Below, piece by piece: positions 16,997-26,243 of a stretch of 64,000 bases of DNA. The position numbers and the translations under genes are program-made. How positions within the stretch are numbered: position 1 is the stretch's first letter; each line of letters begins with the position of its first letter. Origin of the DNA: an uncultured virus (IMG/VR IMGVR_UViG_3300044637_002122) (taxonomy: Duplodnaviria; Heunggongvirae; Uroviricota; Caudoviricetes); the IMG/VR virus record IMGVR_UViG_3300044637_002122. The stretch is one strand, 5' to 3'. The notes beneath the pieces are model-generated. The model searched no databases and was not told the DNA's origin. It saw only the letters and a list, made by a program, of their open reading frames with translations.

Positions 16997-17616
16997 GGGC
17001 GCACCTTGGCGTTGAAGAACGCCACAGCCACCAGGCGGCCATCTTCCGGCGTGGAGCCGAAGGCCTCAAATGGCCACCGGCTGTGGAAGAGCCGGCTGTC
17101 GTAGATGGCGCATCGGTTGAAGGCCATCGGCGATAGGCTGCGCAGCTCCCAGGCGTCGGCGTTGACGAAGTCGGCCTGGAGGCGCGCCAGAAGGTCGTGC
17201 TGGCCCGAGTGGATGGCCTCGGCGCCTGTTTCGCGATGTCGCCAGAGCGCGGTGCCGCCGGGGCCGTTCGTCAGGCACAGGACAGCAGCCCAGTCGCCCC
17301 AGCCGATGTCGGCGTGGATGGATTGGTTCGGTGGCTCGCCGGCGTAGTTGAGGCGGTAGCCCTGGGCCAGGATCTCGACGCCGCCGAAGATGCGCTCAAG
17401 GCCCTCGCGCAGGCCTGGCACTTCCTTCAGGCAGACGCGCTTGTAGACCTGGCCGTCGGGGCCTTCCCAGTCGATGAACTCGGCGCCGATCGCGTCAAGC
17501 CGCGTCGCCACCGGGTCGATCAGGAAGTCATCCACCCAGAATGCGGTCGGCAAAGACGCAGCCGCCGATTGAGCGGACGCATCTATTCCCTGCGCGATTT
17601 TGTGAAAGTTGCTCAT
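16993..17616 (-). CDS. 2OG-Fe(II) oxygenase (DUF6445-like), 207 aa
   Basis: VDDF, IHAD (HxD), WAAVLCL..GGTALW, FNRCAIYDSRLFHS, RLV; ATG at 17616. Confidence 0.75.
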   Translation of the reverse strand: MSNFHKIAQGIDASAQSAAASLPTAFWVDDFLIDPVATRLDAIGAEFIDWEGPDGQVYKRVCLKEVPGLREGLERIFGGVEILAQGYRLNYAGEPPNQSIHADIGWGDWAAVLCLTNGPGGTALWRHRETGAEAIHSGQHDLLARLQADFVNADAWELRSLSPMAFNRCAIYDSRLFHSRWPFEAFGSTPEDGRLVAVAFFNAKVRP

Positions 17617-17639
17617 GGCGGGCCGGGTTGTGGCCGCCG

Positions 17640-17645
17640 ATTCTA
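17640..17645 (-). promoter_or_regulatory. Possible -10 box (TAGAAT) for the oxygenase/GNAT/ejection operon
   Basis: TAGAATCG in an intergenic gap; the same TAGAATCG occurs upstream of the holin (-10 at 55913-55918). No sigma70 -35 seen. Confidence 0.35.
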
Positions 17646-17696
17646 TGGACGGATCTGGCGCAGGGCTGCGGTATTCCAAGGACTCGGCGGGCCGCC

Positions 17697-18428
17697 TCAG
17701 GGCGCCGTGCGGATGGCCCGCACGAAGCGAGATCCGAGGTCCAGGTGGTGTGGCTTGGTCTTGAAGTCCCACCGTCCCGGGTGGTCGTGGTGGGTCTTGT
17801 GGAGCCACTCTCCGCAGGCCGGCAGCAGGAGCTCGAGCCACCAGATGTCACGGGGGGCCAGGTTCTTGTGGCTGGTGACCTGGTGCAGCGCCCCGATCAG
17901 GTGCACGCTGCCGAGCGGCATCAGGTACGCGAAGACGTAGAGGGTCGGCGAGATGGACAGGCAGCACGCCGTGACCGCAATCCAGATCCACAGGCCGTTG
18001 CGGTGCACGAATGCACACACCGGGTCGCCGCTCAGTCTGCGCAGGCCGCGCGTCACCAGCGGCGTGCGACGGTATCGCTTCCAGACCAGGTAGGTCCAGT
18101 CGGCGATGTGTGGGTCGCGATCGGTGTCCGAGAAGGCGTGGTGAGCGTTGTGCGCCGCGGCCCAGCCGTGCGGGCTGCCGTTGAGCAGCAGCACGCTGTA
18201 GAGCGCCATGAAGTTGTGCCAGAACGGGGTGGTCCGGAACGAGCCGTGCGCGAAGTAGCGGTGAAGGCCCACCGAAAGCATGAGCGACCCCAGCACATGC
18301 AGAGGCGGCCACAGCAGCAGCCACCACGGGCTGGCGGCCCCCGTTGCCACGAGCCAAAGCCCAAGCAAGATGCCGGCCAAGCCCGCCAAGTGCCCCGCCG
18401 ATATCATCCACAGAGGTTGCTTACCCAC
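17697..18428 (-). CDS. Membrane fatty-acid desaturase (delta9/DesC-like)
   Basis: His boxes HRYFAH, HNAHH..D.DPH and HKTHH, plus hydrophobic segments. Confidence 0.88.
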   Translation of the reverse strand: MGKQPLWMISAGHLAGLAGILLGLWLVATGAASPWWLLLWPPLHVLGSLMLSVGLHRYFAHGSFRTTPFWHNFMALYSVLLLNGSPHGWAAAHNAHHAFSDTDRDPHIADWTYLVWKRYRRTPLVTRGLRRLSGDPVCAFVHRNGLWIWIAVTACCLSISPTLYVFAYLMPLGSVHLIGALHQVTSHKNLAPRDIWWLELLLPACGEWLHKTHHDHPGRWDFKTKPHHLDLGSRFVRAIRTAP

Positions 18429-18951
18429 GATCGCCCTCGATCAAGAAGCCGTACACGTCGCCGCTGGCCTCAAGGGGGCCGCCGGGCGCCACGAACGGGC
18501 CGGGCTCGAAGTCGCCGAGCTTGCCCGCGCACAGAAGGACCCTCTGGCCGGCCTGGAGTTCAACCGACTCCGCGCTCGCGCAGCGCAGCGGCGTCGCAGC
18601 CGGCAGTGCGCCGCGGTTGGCGTGCCAGTTGAAGCACCAGAACTCAAGCCCGTCGGGGGCCGCGATCGTGGTGGTGCCGGCCGGGTGATCGGGTCGGTCG
18701 CCGGTGAACATGCCGGGCTCTCGGTCTGGAATCGCGCCGACAGTGTCATTGGTGACGACACCACGGCCTGCGGTGTAGATCGCCAGGTTCGGCGCGCGAT
18801 CGCGCGACACGGCCTGCGTCGAGACCACAATGAGCCGGCCGCCTGGCGGCAGGGTGTGCTTGTGCACGATCCAGCCGAAGGCGCGGACAGGCTCGACGCG
18901 CGGGGCATCGCCTGTCGAAAGGCCTCTCCACATGCGGCGCGGCACCGTCAT
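18421..18951 (-). CDS. Hypothetical protein (176 aa, possibly beta-rich/cupin-like)
   Basis: GGAGG SD before the ATG at 18951; coupled to both neighbours. Confidence 0.6.
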   Translation of the reverse strand: MTVPRRMWRGLSTGDAPRVEPVRAFGWIVHKHTLPPGGRLIVVSTQAVSRDRAPNLAIYTAGRGVVTNDTVGAIPDREPGMFTGDRPDHPAGTTTIAAPDGLEFWCFNWHANRGALPAATPLRCASAESVELQAGQRVLLCAGKLGDFEPGPFVAPGGPLEASGDVYGFLIEGDRG

Positions 18952-19265
18952 AGGCCCTCCACGCTGTAGATGATGGCCCGGCCGTTGGCTGGCGATGCTG
19001 GCGGCCCCGCAACCCAACCAGCCGGCGGGCGCTCCCCGACAAGGGAGATTGTCAGCATTTGTAGCGTGTCCGGGTGGTGCCATGTGGTGCCCCTCATGTC
19101 AACAACGCAGCTCCACGCATCGCCAGACCACACCGCCCACTCGCCAGTAGCGCAACTTGGCGGCGGCGACGAAACATGCAGGCTACTGCCCGCATAGTCC
19201 CCTGGACTGGTTGGCCTGATCGATGAAACCAGCGCGCCGTCTTCCTTATTGATAAACCAGAGCAT
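18948..19265 (-). CDS. Tail fibre assembly (Tfa-like) protein
   Basis: PPP..GEWAVWSGDAW..V.D.RG..W pattern; directly downstream of the tail fibre. Confidence 0.65.
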   Translation of the reverse strand: MLWFINKEDGALVSSIRPTSPGDYAGSSLHVSSPPPSCATGEWAVWSGDAWSCVVDMRGTTWHHPDTLQMLTISLVGERPPAGWVAGPPASPANGRAIIYSVEGL

Positions 19266-22114
19266 TAAGCCACCCTATCAAGAACCCAGCTCAGGCTGGT
19301 AATCTGGAACGAAGTGAATTGCGCCCAGTTGGCCGACGGCCTAAGTCGCAGCCGAACAACGATGAATATGGCGCAGCTAGTTCCGCCATACGGGTTGTTA
19401 GCCGGGTTGAACGGGACAACTGTGAACGGAATTGAAGAAGACGTGGACGCCTCAACCTGTACAGCCTCAAGGAACGCACCAGCACCAGACGGGCCGCCAA
19501 CTCTTGCGGCGGAGATATTCCCAACGCGGGCAGTAAAGCTCCTGTTTCGTATGTCAAGAAGATCAGCTCTAAATCCGGTGTCGAACTCCACCAGAGCCTC
19601 TTGCGGGAAATACTCAAGCGTTGTTCCGCCGCCCTTGCCGCCACCGCCAACGACCCTAGAGCCAATGAGCTCTGCTGCCCCAAACCAGGTTCCAGAGGTT
19701 TCTTCGTTGGTAAAGAAAGCCTTTCCGTTGGCGTAGATAATTGTGCTCGCGCCTGCACTTGTCGCCTGAATGAACGGCTCGTCTGCGGAGGCGTCAAGGT
19801 CAATAAATGCGGAGCTGGACGTGTTTTGAATCACGGCCGATCCAGCGGATCCACCGAGAGTTAAAACGCCGCCGGATATGTTGAGGCCTGGCGCCCGGAT
19901 GGCGCCGCCGGCGGCAACCTCGAAGAACTGGCCCGACGCCTCTCGCCCGAGGCGGATGCCCTGCGGCCCGACGAAGAACCCGCCGCCCGACGTGGGCCAA
20001 GACCAGTCGACCGGGGAGAACCCGCCGCCCGCGATGGCGCCGCGCGAGTACAGGCTGTTGATGGCGACATCGCCAGACTTGGAGATCGCCCAGCCCTGTG
20101 TGCCGAAGTTGGTGAAGAATCCCGGCGTCGGCCCGCCCGGCAGCGGGCCCGCAGGCGGCGTGAAGTTGGCGGTGTACCTGGCAACGCCCTGCGTCAGGCG
20201 GAAGGCGTCGATCGCCGCGGCGGGCGGCGGCAGGTCTGGGCGGCCCGGTATGCCCAGCACGCCAAAGGGCTGGGCATCCAGGTTGGCGGCCGACGGCGCG
20301 CTGCTGTCGACCATCACCCCGTCGCGGAACAAGCGCAGCGTGGTGCCGTCAGAGCACAGGGCGATGTGGTGGTTGACTCCGCTAGACAGGTTGGCCGTCA
20401 GCGGGGCGCCGAAGTTCGTGACAGACAGGCTCATGTCGAAGATGGCCATGTACTGCGACGCACTGCGCCCCATGAAGTAGCCGTTCGACTGCCCCGTGGT
20501 GCGCCTGATGCGGAACTCGATCGTGTAGACGCTGCGGTGGTTGAAGGTCGTGCTCGGCGCGTAGAGCAGCTGAGAGGATGAAGTGCTGATGATGCTGGCC
20601 GCGCCAGCCAAAGGCGATGCCGTCTCGAAAGAGATGCCCGTCGCCGTGATGGGGGCGTTGGCCAGTGACGACTGGTCTGCGGTGCTTGAAGCGTCGAAGT
20701 TCAGCAGCAGCCCGACAGAGCTGTAGTGCGGGTCTGCGCTCGGCGTCAGCGGCGTGTGAGCGCCGTTCCAGTTGGAAGACTGGATGATGTGGTCGATCTT
20801 GGCGCTGGTGACCTGCAAGTCTTCGATGTTCGCCCGCCTGGCGCGGACGGCGCCGCCGACAATCTCGAACGGGATCTCGATGCCAGACCCGTTGAAGATG
20901 CGGAAGTAGTCCACGTTGAACGTGGCGCCGTCGTCGTTGAGCGCGACCGCTGGCGAAGCCACGCTCAGGATGCCGGTTCGCTGGGTGGGCGCAAGCGGGT
21001 CGCCGTACTCATACGTCACGACGCCGCCGATGTAGAACTCAGATCCGGCAAACACGCCGGCCTCAAGATCCACCGCCGCGGCGTAGCCGGCGGTGAGCTT
21101 GGTTGCTGACAGGTTGTCGATCATCGCGTTGGTGATCGCGCCGTTCTGAATCGCCGCAGTGCCGACCGCAATCGCGTTGGCGGCGATCTTGGTCGCCGTG
21201 ATGGCGCCCGCCGCAATCTGCCCTGCGGCGATCGTGTTAGCTGCGATCTCGTTGGCAGTCACCGCGCCTGCGGCGATCTTCGATGTCGTGATTGAGCCGG
21301 CAACGAGCTTTGGTGTCGAGATCGAGTCGTCTGCGATCTGCGTAGTGGTAATCGTCCCGGCCAGGTCTGTGGCAGGAACGCTTGCGACGTAGGCGGAGCC
21401 ATTCCAACGATACAGCTTGCCGTCGCTTGAGAGAAATATGGTGCGGGTTGACAGCGCGGTCGGCAGCGCGCCGAGCACGATGCTGATGGGCTCGATCGAG
21501 CTGACAAACTTAGCAGCTGTCACGGAGCCCGCGGCCAGGTTCCCAGCCTCAATGATGAGTGGGCCAAGGTCGCTGTTGTTAATCACGCCAGTCGAGCCGA
21601 CAGTGCCGCTCACCGAGTTGTACGGGCCCGGAACGTCGGACTCGCTCCTGAACCTGATCCAGTAGTAGTAGGTTCGGCCCGTCCGCCCGACGGCGTCAGC
21701 GTAGAACCGCGTCGCGCTGGTGCCGATGAGGACGGCCGCGCCGATGCTGGTTGTTTCGGAGCGCCAGATCTCGGTGAAGGCGTGGTTGCCGTACGGCCAG
21801 GCGTCCCACTGCAGGATGATGCTGGTGAGGGTGTTTGTGACGGTCAGGCCGGTCGCGACAGGTGGCGAAGTCAGGTCCGGCGGCCCGCCTCCGGTTGCCG
21901 GGGCGCCGCCGATGCTGCCGATGCCGCCAGCGCTGTTGCGTGAGACCGAGATGATCCCGCTGTCAACCAGCGCGCGGAACGTGACGTTGGAGTCGAGCGG
22001 GTCGCCAGCGAGTCCCTCTCGAACATCGAATATGCCCTTGACTGCCTTTGCGAAGTCGAGCTGGTTGTTTGCCGTCGGCGCCGGCAGCGAAGGCACCTTC
22101 GTCTGGCGCGTCAC
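19265..22114 (-). CDS. Tail fibre / host-specificity protein (FN3-like, 10-aa I-A-A-G-A-I-T-A repeats, LamG-like domain)
   Basis: LQWD..TEIWRS..YYYWIRF (FN3-like); IAAGAVTANEIAANTIAAGQIAAGAITATKI repeats; TIEF..HHIAL..LRLFRDG..IDAFRLTQGVARYTANFTPP (LamG-like). Confidence 0.8.
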   Translation of the reverse strand: MTRQTKVPSLPAPTANNQLDFAKAVKGIFDVREGLAGDPLDSNVTFRALVDSGIISVSRNSAGGIGSIGGAPATGGGPPDLTSPPVATGLTVTNTLTSIILQWDAWPYGNHAFTEIWRSETTSIGAAVLIGTSATRFYADAVGRTGRTYYYWIRFRSESDVPGPYNSVSGTVGSTGVINNSDLGPLIIEAGNLAAGSVTAAKFVSSIEPISIVLGALPTALSTRTIFLSSDGKLYRWNGSAYVASVPATDLAGTITTTQIADDSISTPKLVAGSITTSKIAAGAVTANEIAANTIAAGQIAAGAITATKIAANAIAVGTAAIQNGAITNAMIDNLSATKLTAGYAAAVDLEAGVFAGSEFYIGGVVTYEYGDPLAPTQRTGILSVASPAVALNDDGATFNVDYFRIFNGSGIEIPFEIVGGAVRARRANIEDLQVTSAKIDHIIQSSNWNGAHTPLTPSADPHYSSVGLLLNFDASSTADQSSLANAPITATGISFETASPLAGAASIISTSSSQLLYAPSTTFNHRSVYTIEFRIRRTTGQSNGYFMGRSASQYMAIFDMSLSVTNFGAPLTANLSSGVNHHIALCSDGTTLRLFRDGVMVDSSAPSAANLDAQPFGVLGIPGRPDLPPPAAAIDAFRLTQGVARYTANFTPPAGPLPGGPTPGFFTNFGTQGWAISKSGDVAINSLYSRGAIAGGGFSPVDWSWPTSGGGFFVGPQGIRLGREASGQFFEVAAGGAIRAPGLNISGGVLTLGGSAGSAVIQNTSSSAFIDLDASADEPFIQATSAGASTIIYANGKAFFTNEETSGTWFGAAELIGSRVVGGGGKGGGTTLEYFPQEALVEFDTGFRADLLDIRNRSFTARVGNISAARVGGPSGAGAFLEAVQVEASTSSSIPFTVVPFNPANNPYGGTSCAIFIVVRLRLRPSANWAQFTSFQITSLSWVLDRVA

Positions 22115-23736
22115 AGCGCCTCCTTCAGCTCCGACATGGATGTCGCGAGCACGATCCGCGTCATCTTGGCGGAGCCCTCAAGCTCGAAGCTCCACTCGGT
22201 CGCCTCGAAACCTGCTGGGAGGCGCTGCGCGAACCTCGAGGCAACGCTAGCCGTGTGCACCATGGCACCGTCCGCGAAGACGCGCAGGGTCACTGGGTAG
22301 GACGCTGCATCCACAGCGAAGCAGGCCATGTTGGCGGGCGAAGCCAGTCGGTAGATGCCGCTGCGCCAGACGCCAGACAGAGCGCTCCCGCGGTCGTACC
22401 TGACGATGTTGCCGCCCTGCGCCATGTAGAGGTTCCCAGTCCTGGGGTCCGCGTACATCGCGGTGATCGCGGTGGCTTCGTTGATGTTGCTGACGGTGAA
22501 CACCGCCCCGCCGCCCTCGAAGTCGAAGATCAGCATGCCGCGCTGGCCGCCGCTGGTGGTGTACAGGCAGTGGTATCGGCCTTCGATGACGGCGCCAACC
22601 ATCGAAGACGGGTCGTACGCATGCCACTGCGCTTGGCTGATGAGCCGCTTGGTGGCGACCTCGGCGCCGCCGGCGCCTACCGACACCAAGCCCTCTGACG
22701 ATGCGTACAGACAGCCGTCCCCGGTGTCGACGATGCTCTCTCGCGACAGGCAGGCCAGCGGGCGCTCAAGCCGCTCTGGCGTCATCGCCCCGGGGTCTGC
22801 CCCGGTGAAGATGTAAGGGTGCCCGTTGGTGAGGAGCGCCGCCCCCTGACGGAAGACGCCGATCCCGACGATCGTGTCCTCGATGGCCGTGGAGTGGGCC
22901 CAGGCGTGAGGCAGATTCGGCTCTGTCGTGTAGACGGTGTTGCCGACGAACCCGATGGCGCCCCCGTTTGCGAGCATCTTCAGGCCGCGCAGGCCGGCCG
23001 GCGGGGGCTGCCAATCTTCTGTGGCCAGCACCTCGCCGAGCGATGCCTGGGCGACGGTGTCGACGTAGCTCGTGGTCGCCACCGGGATCTCCGTCACGAA
23101 CTGGAACTGCGCGCTCGATCCGACGGCCGACGTGCGGTAGATGCGCTTGAGCGTGATGCTGTACGCGCCAGACGGGCCGGTCTGCATCGATGAGACGGTG
23201 ACGGCCAAATCTGGGTTGAGCGTCTGCGGCGGCGAGGGCGGCGAGGGCGGGCCCTCCTCTCCGAAGGCCGAGACGTAGGTGTAGACGTAGGAGCGAGTCT
23301 CGGCACTCGGCTCACTGCTGGCCGCGCCAAAGATGGACGGTGCGGCCGTCGGCGCCGGAACACCGAGCGTGTAGCTTGCGCCAGGGTACGCGCCGGTGCC
23401 GGACAGCAGCAGCGTGCTGGGGGCGTACTTCGGTGTCGCGCCGTCGGTCCAGTAGGTCCGCCCCCACGAGTCCGACGGGATCGGCGATCGGATGACGTCC
23501 GTCTGGTTTGCAAACTCGAGCCACCACTCGCTCTCGTTCGTGCTGTTGCCGAAGCGCCAGATCGTCTTGGGCGCCGTGACGTTGAGCGAGCGCAGAACGG
23601 TCGACCCGCGCAGGGGCTGAACCGCGCCGCTGATGAGGCGCACGTTCTGGGCCAGCACGGACTCCGACGGATCAAGCAGATGGGGCTCCACGATGGGCCT
23701 CATGCCGCCGAAAGCCTTGACGACAATCGCAGGCAT
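22111..23736 (-). CDS. Tail nozzle / stabilization-type structural protein (541 aa)
   Basis: FGGMRP..P.LL, RSYVYTYVSAFGEEGPPS, RIYRT, PNLPHAW, LYASSEGLV; position in the tail module. Confidence 0.7.
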   Translation of the reverse strand: MPAIVVKAFGGMRPIVEPHLLDPSESVLAQNVRLISGAVQPLRGSTVLRSLNVTAPKTIWRFGNSTNESEWWLEFANQTDVIRSPIPSDSWGRTYWTDGATPKYAPSTLLLSGTGAYPGASYTLGVPAPTAAPSIFGAASSEPSAETRSYVYTYVSAFGEEGPPSPPSPPQTLNPDLAVTVSSMQTGPSGAYSITLKRIYRTSAVGSSAQFQFVTEIPVATTSYVDTVAQASLGEVLATEDWQPPPAGLRGLKMLANGGAIGFVGNTVYTTEPNLPHAWAHSTAIEDTIVGIGVFRQGAALLTNGHPYIFTGADPGAMTPERLERPLACLSRESIVDTGDGCLYASSEGLVSVGAGGAEVATKRLISQAQWHAYDPSSMVGAVIEGRYHCLYTTSGGQRGMLIFDFEGGGAVFTVSNINEATAITAMYADPRTGNLYMAQGGNIVRYDRGSALSGVWRSGIYRLASPANMACFAVDAASYPVTLRVFADGAMVHTASVASRFAQRLPAGFEATEWSFELEGSAKMTRIVLATSMSELKEAL

Positions 23737-23737
23737 G

Positions 23738-24388
23738 TCAGCCCCCGAATCGCTGAGGCCTGGCCTTGATGGAGCCCGCCGCGTTGGCGTGTAGCGCCTT
23801 GATGCGGGCGTCGATGATGCCGGACTGAAACCCGCTGGCGTGCACGCCGGCCAGCTGAAGGTTAGTCCACTTCCTGTCCGGCATGGACATGAGCTTGGAC
23901 TTGGCGCCCTCGACGATCGTCAGGAAGTGCTCGCGACCAAACTCATCGGGAAATGAGGTGGCGTCCATGGTTGGGCGCCACGTACCGTACACGACAATCT
24001 CAGCGCCTGGCTTAAGCCTTGCTGGGCGAGGGTAGACGGTCACCTGTTCGGCAGAACCCCAGGTGCTGTAGTAAGTCGGCTCGCTGGACTCCGCGGTGCG
24101 CCAGTCTTGGAGCATGTCCGAGAGCGCCTGCGGGCTTGGCGCATGGCGAAGCTCACGGCCACCAGGCCCGAAGACAGAGGAGATGGACTCTACTGCCATC
24201 CCGGAGTCGACAGAGATGAAGTATGTCGACTTGCCTTCAACGAGGCGGATCCGAGGGGCCGCATCAAAGATCGACTGGCTGGACATTGCCAGCTCAGCAG
24301 CGGCATCTACAACGGCCTGGTCGACCATCGCCTCTGGGCAGCCAGCCACGTATGGAAGGATGCGCGAGTAGAGTTCCGAGGGCCTCAC
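23738..24388 (-). CDS. Head-tail adaptor / tail tubular-like protein
   Basis: ILPYVAGCP..AVVDAA..; IVEGAKSKLMSMPDRKWTN; position. Confidence 0.65.
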   Translation of the reverse strand: MRPSELYSRILPYVAGCPEAMVDQAVVDAAAELAMSSQSIFDAAPRIRLVEGKSTYFISVDSGMAVESISSVFGPGGRELRHAPSPQALSDMLQDWRTAESSEPTYYSTWGSAEQVTVYPRPARLKPGAEIVVYGTWRPTMDATSFPDEFGREHFLTIVEGAKSKLMSMPDRKWTNLQLAGVHASGFQSGIIDARIKALHANAAGSIKARPQRFGG

Positions 24389-25176
24389 TGAGCCGCCCTC
24401 TTAGGCACGTTTGGATTGAACGGCAGGGACTGCAGGTTCGGGTTTGCGCCAGTGAGGGCTGCGGCCTGGGCATTCACGCTCCCGACGAACATGGAGGTAT
24501 AGCTCTGAGCCATCTGCGGATTCGCGGCCCACTCGGCGTCCTTCATGAAGGCGCGCGCCATGATGTAGGTCAGCAGATCGTCGACGTACTTGTCGTCGAT
24601 CGAGATGGTGACGTTGCTCGTGCCGTCCCAGGCGTACGTTCCCTCTGCCGCGTGGGGGGTGAGCACCGGGTCGGCCAGCATCGACTGCTCGATCCACCAG
24701 TTGGTTGCGGCCGGCACTGCGGGCCACACGTAGTAGAACTTCGGGAAGCGCGGGTCGAAAACCACGCCTCGCACGCCGGTGTAGGTTCCGGTCGGTGGCG
24801 TGTGCCAGTCGGGGGTCGTGGTGTCCAGCACCTCGCGGTCGATCACGCGGATGGGTGCGCCGGGGGTCAGCCCGTTGGCGCCCATGTTGCGGATGGCGGC
24901 CTGGAAGTAGGTGCCGTTGACATCTGCCGGCGACAGGCCGTCGCCAGGGATGATGCCGGCCGCCAGGATGCGCTCGATCGACTGCCGGCTGCCGCTGGCG
25001 AGCCGGACGGAGTCCACCCGGGCCGAGCTCGACGGGATGTACTTCGCGACGGCCCGCTGGCCATCGTTGCAGGCGTCCACCAGCTCGCGCTGCTTCCAGC
25101 GAGTGAACTGCGGGCTCAGGTCATTGAGCTGCGCAGAGGCCCGGTAGAAGAGCTCTCGGACAAGGGTGGCGCCCAT
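24385..25176 (-). CDS. Adaptor protein (DUF6682-like)
   Basis: QLND..RW..ELV..NDGQ, L.SG.RQ, LD..PDWH, FYYVWP, YIMARAFMKDAE. Confidence 0.7.
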   Translation of the reverse strand: MGATLVRELFYRASAQLNDLSPQFTRWKQRELVDACNDGQRAVAKYIPSSSARVDSVRLASGSRQSIERILAAGIIPGDGLSPADVNGTYFQAAIRNMGANGLTPGAPIRVIDREVLDTTTPDWHTPPTGTYTGVRGVVFDPRFPKFYYVWPAVPAATNWWIEQSMLADPVLTPHAAEGTYAWDGTSNVTISIDDKYVDDLLTYIMARAFMKDAEWAANPQMAQSYTSMFVGSVNAQAAALTGANPNLQSLPFNPNVPKRAAQ

Positions 25177-25187
25177 TCAGGACTCCC

Positions 25188-25556
25188 TCAGGCGTCAAGC
25201 TTGTCGCGGCCGTGCACCGAGATGTTGTGCCGCGGAATCTCGCGACGCACTTCGGCCCCGGCCTTGTCGGTGCTGACGATGCTGGTGATCGCGTTCTCGA
25301 GGATCATCAGGACCTCGAGCGGAACGTCCTGCGGCGTGCCGCGCGGGATCTGGTACATGAAGCCGTTCAGGCCCACGACCACCGCGTCCTCGCCGCCGAT
25401 GCCCTCGGACTGGTGGATGGTGATCGAGGCCCGCTTGCCGGACAGGGCGACGTCGTGGCCGTTGGACTTGACCTTGGCGGCGACCTTGGCGGCGGCCTGC
25501 GGCTGGACCGGCGCGCGCGGCGCCTCGAGGGTCGAGACTTGGGAGTTGGCAGACAT
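25188..25556 (-). CDS. Conserved virion-module hypothetical protein
   Basis: GAGGA SD before MSANSQ; VVVGLNG..YQIPRG..VP.EV..ILENA. Confidence 0.65.
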   Translation of the reverse strand: MSANSQVSTLEAPRAPVQPQAAAKVAAKVKSNGHDVALSGKRASITIHQSEGIGGEDAVVVGLNGFMYQIPRGTPQDVPLEVLMILENAITSIVSTDKAGAEVRREIPRHNISVHGRDKLDA

Positions 25557-25595
25557 TGTTGGGTTCCTCACAGAAGATCCACTTGCGTGGAGGGT

Positions 25596-25621
25596 GGCGA
25601 GGCGACCTAAGCCGCCTCGCC
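25596..25621. other. Strong intergenic hairpin (mRNA stabiliser or partial terminator) after the head genes
   Basis: Minus strand GGCGAGGCGGC-TTAG-GTCGCCTCGCC, followed by TCCAC-GCAA-GTGGA; no U-tract. Confidence 0.5.
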
Positions 25622-25638
25622 TTCGCCGTCATGCCCGA

Positions 25639-26184
25639 TCAGGGCTTGACGGACGGGATCAGGCCGATGTCGAAGAACGTGTGCGTGATGCCGGCCGCGT
25701 TCAGCAGGGTCGTGCCCGGCGTGAACGTGGCGGAGGTCGTCACCGTCCTGATAAGACCCAGCGGCGCGAAGCCGTCTGGCAGGTTCGGGATCGAGCCGTC
25801 ACCCACGAAGCTGGTGCCAGCCTGGGTCAGGGCGCCGACACCGGCGGTGGGCGACGGGACCAGGTTCTGGCCAGCGAACGTGCCCTGCACGACCGCGATC
25901 GCGCCGGCCGCGTTGACGCCCAGGACCGTGTAGATGGTCTGACCCACCGGCACCGCGTAGACGGCGCTGTTGGCGCTGCCGAAGATGTCGTGCGTCGGGG
26001 CAATGGACTGCGCCGACAAAGCCGCACGGCTGCGGGTGATGCCGTCGATCTGGGAGACGATGGCGCCGGTGGTTGCCACAGTGGCGGTCGCGCCGCCGGT
26101 GGCGGCCAGGACGTGGGCGCTGGTCGTGGTGGCGGCCAGGACCCGGCGAACCGGGCCAGAGAAGATGTCGTCGAGGCGAGACAT
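25639..26184 (-). CDS. Putative capsid decoration protein (181 aa)
   Basis: GAAAGGA SD before MSRLDD; Ala/Thr/Gly-rich; immediately after the MCP gene. Confidence 0.6.
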   Translation of the reverse strand: MSRLDDIFSGPVRRVLAATTTSAHVLAATGGATATVATTGAIVSQIDGITRSRAALSAQSIAPTHDIFGSANSAVYAVPVGQTIYTVLGVNAAGAIAVVQGTFAGQNLVPSPTAGVGALTQAGTSFVGDGSIPNLPDGFAPLGLIRTVTTSATFTPGTTLLNAAGITHTFFDIGLIPSVKP

Positions 26185-26243
26185 TTGAGGATTCCTTTCA
26201 GAGGTGTGTTGCGAGACGGGGAGGCTGCCCTCCCCCATCGTCA

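Noticed and set aside
19265..22114. Diversity-generating retroelement acting on the tail fibre
   Set aside because: No reverse transcriptase and no TR/VR repeat pair seen in the window.
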